Origin: Cycas panzhihuaensis
Lineage: Eukaryota; Plantae; Cycadophyta
Assembly: GCA_023213395.1 (NCBI GenBank)
Contig: CM041465.1
Span: 68,641,741-68,705,740, forward strand
Reading direction: 5' to 3'
Length of the DNA: 64,000 nucleotides
The notes under the pieces are model-generated. The model saw only the letters and a list, made by a program, of their open reading frames with translations, made no database searches and was not told where the DNA came from. The translations under genes were made by a program, and so were the position numbers. Shown one piece after another: positions 52,826 to 64,000 of the stretch. Positions within the stretch are counted from its first letter, which is position 1, and each line of letters opens with the position of its first letter.

Positions 52826-55800
52826 AAAACTATTGGGTAAATAGATAAAATATGCTTGAAAATATCAAATATATGATCAAAAATATATAAAACTTGTTGA
52901 TAAAACCTCTGGTAGAGTGATAACAGCTTGATATTTACTGTTTGCAACTATGCACCTGCATAAATCTGAAGAGAATCTGAAATATATATGTTATATCACA
53001 AGTAAAACTTAAGAATAATCAAATCTGATCAAAAAATACAAGAAACTTAGTAATAAACTTTGTAGAAAATGAATATGACCAAGCTTTTCTTTCTTATGAG
53101 TAAATCTATCTCAAATGCCAATAAATCTTCCTTATTTTTCAAAAAATTTCAAATGAAGATGCAATAGCCCAACAATCTCTGCTCTGATACCAAATGTAGG
53201 AAAAATAATCATGGAGAATAAGGCAGAACATAAAAAGAGATAATCATAAATCATTACATCATTGTTGCATAGTAACATAAACATATAAAACTTGTATATT
53301 CAATCTATGTTATAAGAGAGCTTTACAAATATCCAAAATGAAGGCAGTGCCTAAAGACACCAGGGTTGCACACCCCTCAAAATATATAGTTTGGGGGAGG
53401 AGGGAAACTCCTCAACCCCTAAAATTTAAATAATAATAAAATAATAACTTAACTCAAATGAAATTAACTCAACTTAAATCAAATCAACTTAAGCTTACCT
53501 TATACTTACCTTTATATGTGAGCACCCACATGTGTAAATTGATGAGTGTGAGGTGTGCACTCCTGGTTGGAAGGCGAGAGAGGGGTGATGAGCATTAACC
53601 CCAATAATGAGAGCATTCTATATAATCTAAAGGAACTCATGAATAACTCTCCCCAAAAGAGAGTCATAGGCATATATTTTAACCAACTGAACGATGTAAG
53701 AAAGCATGAGCCTAACTAAAGTAGAAGGAAATAAACTATCTTAATTAAATTAATTAGACAAGAAATAAAAGGAAAATAAATAATACATAAAATATCTTAA
53801 TTATGATCCTAAGAACTAGACACAAATAGCAACAAACTAATTGAACCAAGAATGAGGAAGTTGGACTATAGGTGACACTTAGTGTAATGACCAAACTATT
53901 AAAGACATCTGTCAATTAAAGTTTGCCATACCAACTACCTTATATAAGGTCCAAAGGAAGGACCAAGTACCATGTAATTCTAGAAGTGTAAGATTAGCCC
54001 ACTTATTAAAGTAAATTAATCCCTCTGAAGGAAATGTAGCCTTAAAAGAGAGAATATAGAGAAAGTTAAGTCAAGGGTCTAAGACCACCCAACTTATCAA
54101 AGCCAATTGATTCCTTCCATGAAACAAACTATGCTAAGGAAAAAAATGTGAAAAAAAAATAAATAAATAGAAGTATGATTTCAAAATGAAAATATGATTC
54201 AAAAATAAAATAAGTAAAAAACTACTAATTAATCAAAGATTTAAGCAAACTAAAATATACATAATCGAGCAGTCAAACTAGCATACACAAGCACCAAAAA
54301 TCTAAGAAGGAAGAGGATATTTACTTATACTTATAATCAACTCTAACTCATAAGCTGAAAACATAATATTTTTTCCCTTTTTCTAAAAAATATGAACTAA
54401 AACATAAAACAAATAGGTAGCTAATCACTCAAGTGATAAAAATGTGAAGTAAACATGTAGCTAGAAATCTCAGTGTGTGTTTAAGGATTTATTTTTTTGT
54501 TTTATTTTTACTCTAATACCCTAGTCAAATGTTATATTTCAATAAGAAAATTAATTAACTTAATATCAAAGTGATGATAATAAGGATATGAATGTAAGAC
54601 TAACCAATAATGAAACATAACTCTAAACATCAGCAAAAAATGCCTAAATTAAACAAGTAAGCAAGCAATCCAATTATAATAAAAATCCACATCAAATTCA
54701 TAGAAACTTAGACAGCATTTCTATTAAATCTAAAGAATTTATAATGAATCTATGAGCTACTAATCTAAAATATGCTAAAATATTATTTAAAACTTGAAAC
54801 AAGAGAGCTCATAAAATATGAAATTTTTAGAATTTTTCTAGTATAAATGTTATACCTAAGGAAATTTTAAGAAGAAAAACATGTATGAAATGTTAAATAT
54901 TGTGGGAAAAAAGATAGAACTTCTTAATTCAACTGAGGCAAGTTTTAAAAATCTAAATATAAATACTTTTTAAACTTTATATATTGAAAAACCCACCTAT
55001 TATTAAAAAATCCATAATAAAAGATAACCAACTAAATAAATAGACTTGGTTCCATTAATTTCTATAACCACCAAGTTAAGAAAACCCAAATAATATATGA
55101 AATCAAATTAAAATAAATAATAAACTTTGAAATCAACTTTGAAGCCCTACAAAACAAGAGTTAGATGTAAAAGATAAAAGAAAACTAAATGAAATTAGTA
55201 AAACTTACATCAACCATAAAAATTAATGAAAATTATAAACTAATAATGTGATGGTTGGGAACTTGTAAACATCTAGCTAATAATACTTAAATAAACACGA
55301 AGTTAATGGCAAAGTTTTCCAAACAAAATAAACAAACTCCCCAATGGTCAATCACAAGTTAAGTAGGCTCAATCTTAAATATTATATAACATTATTGAAA
55401 ATATAGTAAAGCATATTTATTAGACATATGAATATACAACAAAATACATATACATAAGGTGATAATATATGTAAATAATAAACAAACTAACTTAAGAATG
55501 AAATATGTATAAGCACATAAGATAATAAACCTTATGGAAAATGATCATCTCCAATCATTGTATTAGGTATGAATGCATATTTATAGTACATAGTCACCTC
55601 ATGCTTGTCTAATCATATATAAGACCCTGATATCTAATATTGGGATAATTACATGAAAAGGTGTGAACTACCTTTCATACAAGTTAATATCCTAATTTAA
55701 TAATCCTATGAGAAAGTTAAGGGGGACTCCTTAACATTAACATTAACTCCAACACCACCCCCCCCCCACAATGTTTAATTACATAATTTAAATGTCTCAT

Positions 55801-56508
55801 CAACACTCTTTTATCAAGGCAAGAACCATCTGTCTTCTCCAAATAAGACAAGCATCATTTACCTTCTCTAACATGTGTCTCCATCTTATATTAGTTGTTT
55901 AACTAGAAGTTATACACTGAGCAATTCTTATTGATGTCTGTATAAAGAAATCTCCATCAACCATACTACAAAGGTAACTAGTCGCTGTAACTACAAATTC
56001 TTTAGGAAACTCCTTTAGGTACATGGTTTTATCAACACCAAGTCAACTATTCTAGGATCACTCTTGACTATGTGGCCAATCAAATAAGTTAAAAGTAAGA
56101 GTATCAAGTGGATCCCACCTCTTACTTAATGAGATTTAACAACAGTTTCTTCTTCTTAAAGGCTTCACCAAATGACTTTATTCTCTATCAATAATGCTTT
56201 CTGAGCCTACTCTCAATATATAACTATCCAATCTTAGGATTATAAGGTTTACTAACCATCTATCAATCAACAGACAACTATACTTGAAGTATCAAACTCT
56301 AAGCTCTTCAAGATTCTATGCAACATGTTTGTCTACTCAAAACACATATAACCACACCATACAAATACTAGCAACATAGGATGTGACTTTATAAAAACTA
56401 AAAAAATAATTCGCTCATCAAACATTTTTAACTAATATGGGTTCTTGAGAGCCTCAAAAATTCTAAGCCTATAGAATAATCTTGCTTTCCTCAATTAGAA
56501 TTGGCCTA

Positions 56509-56712
56509 AATTCCACTAATTCTTATATGAGTATAGGGATCTAGATTAATAACTCTAGATATCAAAGACCACACAGTAGGAGAGAACCATGAAGAATAGA
56601 AAATTTTGACCATACTAATCTTCTAATAAAGACTGATAAGATTAACCCCATCAAATAGAAGATATCCTGCCATTAATGCATAAAGTATAACTCCATAAGA
56701 CCATACATCTAC
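56509..56712 (-). pseudogene. CIPK: Captured CIPK/SnRK3 kinase subdomain IX-XI fragment (CIPK8/24-like)
   Basis: VDVWSYGVILYALMAGYLLFDGVNLISLY*KISMVKIFYSSWFSPTVWSLISRVINLDPYTHIRISGI. Confidence 0.85.
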
Positions 56713-57150
56713 TAGCATGCCAATGTCCTTGAAGTATTTTTTAACCTAATTTTAAAGGTTTGCATCTACACCTCTCGATACAACATTCCTTAACATATTA
56801 GTTATACTATTTTTTAAACAAGTCCTATCCAATGCTTTCAACTACATAGATCATAACTAATCCTTTTAATTTAGTCAAATGTTAAAGATGCACTAAAACA
56901 CTATAAATAATATTCGTATTTCATAATTGGCATATATTATTATTCCATAGCATTTGAGAAGGTTATAAAACTAGTGCAAAAAGATTGTGAAAAAAAATCA
57001 CCAACTTATTTTAGTGCATTTAAGATAAAACTCCCAAAGCAGGTAACATCAACCATAACTGCTGTCAACTATGAAGCCCATTAGAAATACAAAGCTTTTA
57101 GTTTTAGCCAAACACATCAAACAATAAAGGAAATTTTCAAGGAAGAATAA

Positions 57151-58125
57151 TCAAGCTACAACTTTGAGTAAAGTTTCTAATACAGTCTATTATAAGGGCA
57201 ATGCAAGAATTTCCCCTCTCTATCATTATTATTACACCACAAGCATTTGCAAACTTAAGTAATTATATTAAGCACTTTTCATCCTCATGTAAGGAAATGT
57301 CACAAGAGAGTTGGCTCAAAATTCCACTGACAAATGCATCTCCAACACCAATTGTATCTACAACTTCTACTTTCAAACCACCTACTCTACCATTGAAGTC
57401 CTTTATATAATATCAACACTTCTCTTAACTTTCTGTGAAAAGGAGCATCTTATGATTTGAATGACAAAGCTTCCATGCAATAGTATTATCAATAAGGTCT
57501 TTGCCATTACCTAAAAATGAAATCTATGAAATCTCATCTTTACTTATCTTTGTAATATATACTTTATTGCATATGCTTAAAATACCCTCTTGAGTTACCT
57601 TTGTCTATGACCATAATAGTAGCCTCAAATTAGGAACATATATAAGAAGAGAGCCAATATCTTTAACTATCTTTATTACAGTAAGATGTGCTAATTTACA
57701 TGGATCTACAATTAGATTTATAGACTTGTAGTGCAAAATTATTACCTTCTTAAGAGGATATACTTCAAACTTTAATTCAAGAAGTAGCATATTTACACTA
57801 GGATTTTTATAGAACATAAATTCTTATTCACCATCTGCTCTTACTATAACAAAATCTAGAGAATTTCTAACACTAACATCAAAACTCATGCCTTTTTTAT
57901 CCTTTTTTTTTTTTTAAGATATTAGTAAGCATATATCCAAATTCATACTTACCAACCTTTCCAGTAAATATTGAAAAAACACCAAGCCTTGTTATGCTGA
58001 TAATAACATTAGTAGGTGCACCTCCTATAGTTTTTTTGAAAGTAGGAGCTTTAACAAGGGACATCCCAATAACTATTAAGACAAAATCAATGAGCATTTC
58101 TCTAAATAAGCAAATAGATAATAGA
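57151..58125 (-). pseudogene. FRK: Near full-length intronless fructokinase (pfkB) retrocopy
   Basis: FREMLIDFV...KKTIGGAPTNV...GKVGKYEFGYML; MFYKNPSVNMLL...HYKSINLIVDPCK...YVPNLRLLLW; YYIKDFNGRVGGLKVEVVDTIGVGDAFVSGIL...KFANACG...ALP..TVLETLLKVVA*, in ~1 kb with no room for introns. Confidence 0.93.
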
Positions 58126-60095
58126 TTTAATTGGATAAAACAAGAGTTTAGATCACAGATATTATATGACAGAATCAAAAAGGTATAAAGAGGATCCAAG
58201 AAATTAAAAAAGAGAATTTCAAAAGCTTATTAGCTACCCTTTCTCTATATGCTTCCTTTCATGAGGATCACTAGACTAATGTCAACTTATCCATCTGCCT
58301 GATGATCTTACTCCACGTGGCTCTACACCAAAATTATAGTCAAAATGTTGACAAATACAACCCTAGCTAATGGCAATAAGATGAACGAATGTGTATAAAT
58401 ATTAACATTCTGTGTTATATTATTTATTCAAAAAAACTACTTGACTTTCTCCCTCTAGGAGGCAATTTTTTCTCTATAGAATACTCAAAATTTTATTTTC
58501 TAAATATTTCAATAGAAAGCAAAACATTGATGATGTGTCCCCTAAAAAGGCTTTCAATATTTGGTGATTAGCGCTTAATATTTAAGTTCATAGTTGCCCT
58601 TCATGAATATCCTAGTTTGAAACCCTTAAGCTTTATAATTCATAATTGATTGTCTTCACGTATTAATAGGTTAACCTTGGCTCTTCAATCTTTCCTCTTT
58701 AATTTACTATATATGATCAATCATGTTAACCTACTCTAATACCATGTTGAAAATATAGCAGAGTTATTCTATTAGACATATGAATATATAATAAAATGCA
58801 TGTACATGAGATGATAACAGACGTAAATAATAAATAAACAAACTAAAAAGGGAAGTATATACAAACATATAAGGCAATAAAGCTTATGAGCAATGATCAT
58901 CTCTAATTATCGCATTAGGTATAAATATATACTTATAGCACACAGTCACCTCATATTTGTCCAATCATATGTAAGAACATGTATGTCCACTAATGGGATA
59001 ATTATATGAATAGGTGCATACCACCTTGCATACAACTTGATATCCTAATTTAATAGTCCTATGAGAGAGTTAAGGGGGGCTCCTTAACATTAACATTACC
59101 TCATTAATTATTATCTCTAATAAAAACTTCACAAAAAAGGTTCAACCCCTAAAATAATAGGAAAAAAAACATTTATAGATAAATAAACCTATGGTTTTAT
59201 AAAATAATGGGTGTCAATATTTTTTGGATGTAAACTACCTCAAATAGTGTGAAAAAAATCAATAAAAATCTTTTTAAATCACTTCATATTAAATTATGGG
59301 CTATATTATTGTGAATGTAAGTGCATTGTTATGTAGTACAATGGTGTACATTATTGTAAGAATTATGCACTCCTCTAAAAAATTGTATACTACTCTAAAA
59401 GTTATGCACCATTCTAACACAAAGTGATGCTTATGTACTATTCTAAAAATTTATAGTATAGTGTGCACCACTCTAAAACAAATATGTGCATATACATCGA
59501 TCTAAAAATTTAAAGTGGTGTAGTGTGTACCTCTTTAAAAGTTTAAAATTTGCTATAGAATTTAAAATGGACATAACTTCCTTATATGGTGTTTGTTTTT
59601 ATCCCATAACCATTCATTTGCTATGTACACAACAAGATCTACATAATGGACTAAGTGAGATAGTCAATTTTATTTATTTTAAATGTTAAAATTATAAAAG
59701 AATGTATAAAGTAAATAAAAATACTTTTAAAAAGTCAAAACTCAGAGAAAAAAATTAGAAAATAATAAATCAAGATTAAGAGACAAAGCATAAATATGAA
59801 AAGCTCAAAGTAAGATGGAAATGAGATAAATTTTGATGAAAGAAATACAAAAAAGCATATTGAGCATTTATGGTAGATGAAACTAAAGTTGTATTCATAA
59901 TTATATAGGTATAAAAGTATCATTATAAGCAATAAGATACAATCGTAGACACATTTATTTATACATAAGCAAAATTAGATAAAGTAAACCATCCATAGCT
60001 TTAGTTGAATTAAAATAAAGAAATATACTTAGCCACATCAAGGAGGTCCAGAAGTAAGTAAATAACCCTCACAAGGGTAACAATTGACCTTCACA

Positions 60096-63000
60096 CTTTG
60101 AGTAACCCCCTATGGATTTCATAAACTATTATTTAAACAAAAAAAATTTAAATAATCAAGGGAAATATTCTCTGTACAATATATACATGATAAGAACATT
60201 CCTTATTAATTATAAAATGTTTCAATGAACCATAAAAGAGATGCAAAATCTTCTTTAATAAGTTTTAATATGTCTTCTTGTATGCCCTCCACTAGTAATG
60301 CTTCATTTCTTTCATTGACTTCTACAATATCTATAAACTTGTTCATGGAAAGAAGCACATTTCCTAGGAGTAATAATAAGAATTTGGCACATTTTGAGCT
60401 TTATGATTTACACCTAAGTGTAGCATCAAAGCAATCAAAGTAAATAAGAAAACATTCTACTTAAGTACTCCATCAACCAATAATTATTTAATTAATTTAG
60501 CTATATGTGCCATAATTCTACTATTCATATGAATAAGATAATAACCTTATAAAATTCAAAGAATCAGGGCCACTTCACAATTTACAAGAGGACTAACAAT
60601 TTACATGGGCTTCTCACAAAATATTTTATCTAAATTCACTATTGGGCCATTTTTTGGAGGTACAAGTGAGTGTTCAAACAAAGCTAGCACCACATTAGAT
60701 ATTTTATTTATTTTAATCAAATAATTTCTTCACTAAACTCTATTTCTATTTCCTTTTCATTAGTATCAACCTCTCCCACATATATGTTTGTAAAATTTTC
60801 TATTCCTTGTATAAAACATAGAACTCGCTCATCATCATTAAACACTTAACAATTCTATACATTATCTAGGATAGAAAGTCTTATAACAACTTTCACCATA
60901 TCACTTTTTTAATATTTGTTGGAATTAACTTTCAACAAAGAAGTAGCTACAACTAGTAAGTTTACAAGCTAATTATTTTCCTTGAAAATATGTTGAATAG
61001 AAAAAACTTAAAAATCATGTAATAATTCCCATACTCTTTGATGATATTGTTTTAATATTTCTTATTCACATGCATTTATAATCTAGTGGAAAATCAATTC
61101 AAAATCTCCAAAGACTAGATGAAGTTTAATCATTAAATTTATAGCCTTATAAATGCTTAATATTAATGCTTCAAATTCTACTACATTATTAGCACATTCA
61201 AATGACAACCTCTAAGAAAAAGAAAAAGTTTTTCCACTTAGAGATTGAATGATAATAGTTGCTATATCACCCATTTTTCATTTGGCTCCAAAAAAGCATA
61301 AGTCTACACTTTTATATCTTTATCTTATTCTAGTAAGTATTCATCTTCTTTGATAATGGACAATTGATTTTCAACTTCTATAAGAACTATATATATTTTC
61401 ATCTCACTTGGATTAAAGAAACATCCAAATATCATATACTCTCTAGTATGAACATGACTAGCAAAACTTTCTTCCTTAGGTTAAAGTCATTAAATGTTCT
61501 CTTATAGGAAAGGTGATGTTAGGCATTCTAATATTAGGTATGGCTCCAGTCTCATAAACTCATTCTTCGCCCAATAATAGACCATAAAGAAGTGGTATAT
61601 TAACCACCATAATCAAGATTATAGCAATAATTTGTTGGGCATTCAAATTAATTATGAGATATTTGATCTCTTTTATAATGGACATAGTTTTGAAGTCTAT
61701 TGATTTTATTAGTTGCTTTGCTTTAGTCGGGATTTAATAATTATATAAGGCATCATATTATGTTATGCTTCTATGTCTATAATGTAATTATGGAAGACAA
61801 AATCATTATAGATATTCAACGAGAAGTAAAAAGGGGGATTTCTAGACTTAATGGGAAGAATTGTTACTTCTACTATCTCATCTTCATTCATAGCATTTAA
61901 AAATTGATCATCATTCTAAAATTTTTTCATATGTCTATCTTTCTATTCTAGAAGCTTCATGACTTGGTGGAGACTCAAACCTATAAGATATCTTGAAAGG
62001 CCTTCGATAATGTCATACCTTTTAATAGGCCTATTTAGTCATTGATTTAAATTTTAGGTATTGATTAAACTGTTGGATTATGAGGCCTTTTTTTAGGAGT
62101 ATCATTTTATATAAATCTAAAGCTATATTGATATTAAATGAAATAGCCTTTTGTTAAACCTAACTTTGGCCTCTTTGTTTAGCCATTTGAGCTCCAATCA
62201 AGACTACCATCGTGGCTCAATTTGGGTTTATTCCTTCCTCTTTTGTAAAGGAAGCCATGTCTATGCTAAAATAAGAAGTTTTAGACTTTATAAGATTCTT
62301 CTAAGCCCCCATAACATTGAATAGTTCATAAAACTTAGTAGCCTATTCATTAATAAATATATGGTCAAATTTTGATTTATTATTAGTAGCATTAAGCTCT
62401 TATTTTACCTCTTGAGCACTAAGTATTTTTGAGGTTCTTTACCTTTATCTTATTTCTTTTATTATTTTAACTTGTTATCTATCCTCCTTATTAAGAATTG
62501 GGTTTGGGTTTCTGAATAGATAGTAGAAGTAAAGGTAGAAGTATGTAACATAACCCTACCTTTCCTAAGCACTAGTAAACAAGAGTCCCTAAATGGTTAA
62601 GGATTGATATTAGTTGTTAAGATAGGTGCAACAGTTGTTAAGCCTTCCAATAAGATGTAAGGCTGATAAGGCTAAGGATCACAAGGATGAAGACCCCCAT
62701 ATATCTATTTAAAGAGTCAAATATCACTTGTAAAGGGTTGTTGAGTATTATTATCTTTCAAAGAGAAAGTACTTCAGTACTCATTTTGGTGTTTAATTTG
62801 TGATCTCTTTGCATATTTTGTTCTCATTAAGGTGATATTTAGCTTTGGTTTCTATTAATCTACATTTGCAAGGTTGATTTTCTAAAAGGAAACACTTTAA
62901 AGCCTCTATTTGGGGCTTATTATGAAATATGATCTTACTTTTCCAAACTTGTTCCATACCCCGGTCTAACTCCTTTACATCATCAATTATATTAGGTAGC

Positions 63001-64000
63001 TTATATACTATCATAAACCTTATTTCATTATATAACCCTTCCAAGAACTATTTTTTATTATATTTTAAAGGACAATTTATAACCTATAACATTCATCTTT
63101 AGGATTTTATTAAATCTCTCTACATAGCTTGTTATAGTTTCTTGGGCCCCTTTTTAAGGGTAGATAACTCTGTTGCAAAAGTAACCACAATCTTTGAAAT
63201 TTAATATTTTGGTTTAAAAGCATCCAGTATGCTTCTCCTATAAGTAATAGAACTAGTAGGGAGTGATTCAAACTATTCAGATACTTTCTCTATTAAGGAA
63301 TAAATAAACACACCAAAAGCTACATTAGACTCCTTTATATTAGACATTTTTCACATGCTTGGAAATTTTTCTAAATGTTGCTTTATTATCCTTGTCCTAT
63401 CTCCTTTGAATTGAAGGCAAGCATTCCAGACCTTCTGAAGAACACCATTCTGATCTTCTTGTAAACTTAATAGTTCATTAATTATCCAAGGAGTCTCATC
63501 TCGATTTCCTCTTTAATTATTACCTCATTTTCACCCATTTATGAGTTGTCAAAGGCAATGGTTTTAGTGTCTTCAAAAAAGAAATCTTAAGGTTTAATAA
63601 TCAGGACTTCAACCTTAATTAGAATCCTTCTTCTTCATTCTTCTTAAGGAGAATGTAAAAGTTCCTCCCCTACACCTTAAGATCTAAACAACTATGTATA
63701 TGATATCCTAAAATCTTAAGCCAACTTTAAGACCTTTCTATAAATCAAACTAAGTAATTATCTCTAAAAATTTCTAATTCTAGAGAAATTTCCTACTATA
63801 GTCACCAAGATGTTTAATAGTATTCTTATATCTTCCAAGATTGCTTGAATGAAGTGGTTAGCTCTACAAAGTATTCACTTTTAGATGAAAAAATAGAGTA
63901 ATTGATGGGTGAAAAACCCTTTACTTTAAAGGACAACTCCTAACTATTTATAGTTGTTAATATATAGATATATAGGATTTATAATATGTAAAAATAGATA
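60096..64000 (-). mobile_element. Degenerate Ty3/Gypsy internal region (gag, aspartic protease)
   Basis: Gag-like VFIYSLIEKVSE*FESLPTSSITY..ILDAFKPKY (~63200-63320) and protease-like VVNIPLLYGLLLGEE*V...GAIP (~61510-61620). Confidence 0.7.

Larger units (their letters stand above)
47927..53606 (-). mobile_element. Non-autonomous gag-only LTR element 'B' with host-gene cargo (LTRs 47927-48328 and 53195-53606; PBS 53181-53192; TSD ATGAG)
   Basis: Highly similar LTR pair, perfect reverse PBS, reverse PPT ttctcctccttaa, perfect TSD. Confidence 0.95.
55393..59105 (-). mobile_element. Non-autonomous LTR element carrying retrocopied host genes (LTRs 55393-55754 and 58745-~59105; PBS 58733-58744; PPT 55755-55767)
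   Basis: Paired LTRs (t.ttgaaaatatag...gagaaagttaagggg...ctccttaacattaacatt), reverse PBS actctaatacca, poly-C reverse PPT. TSD not clear. Confidence 0.85.
54780..60095. repeat. Copy 2 of the long repeat (probable 3' LTR of the minus-strand Gypsy), split by the 55393 element
   Basis: Colinear with copy 1; ends ...gaccttcaCA at 60095, followed by reverse-PPT-like aaccccct (60104-60111). Left boundary uncertain. Confidence 0.65.

Noticed and set aside
57994-58188. + strand ORFs at 57994 and 57201
   Set aside because: Antisense shadows of the fructokinase retrocopy.
58318-58335. Second PBS in the FRK-carrying element (gctctacacca)
   Set aside because: Poor match to the Met-tRNA PBS and no adjoining LTR could be defined.
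7150-60095. The two long repeats as paired LTRs of one giant element
   Set aside because: They are quite diverged, no PBS or TSD was found, and copy 2 is followed by a PPT and internal sequence on its right. They are more likely separate family members, though this is not fully excluded.

Overview
AT-rich (roughly 30% GC by eye), CpG-depleted, heavily C>T/G>A-deaminated land-plant heterochromatin. A large-genome seed plant such as a gymnosperm is an inference. I find no intact host gene. The window is a nested stack of retroelements: four degenerate gag-pol Ty1/Copia elements, five short non-autonomous LTR elements, Ty3/Gypsy remnants, a 5'-truncated L1 LINE and a tRNA-derived SINE, most with recognisable LTRs, PBS, PPT and target-site duplications (TSDs). 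The main signal is host-mRNA capture by LTR elements. Two sister gag-only elements (33931-39268, 47927-53606) share LTRs and internal scaffold but carry different mosaics of host gene fragments at the same slot: UPL7+UBC2+class II TPS in one, BTB/POZ+calmodulin+SCE1 in the other. The TPS and calmodulin pieces lack conserved introns, and all pieces are antisense to the element. A shorter relative (29196-31998) has no cargo. Two gag-pol Copia elements also hold antisense fragments in their leaders (RPS3a, plastid sHSP). One further LTR element carries a near full-length intronless fructokinase plus a CIPK piece in sense. All gene identities come from my own translation and recognition, not database searches, and coordinates were counted by hand.
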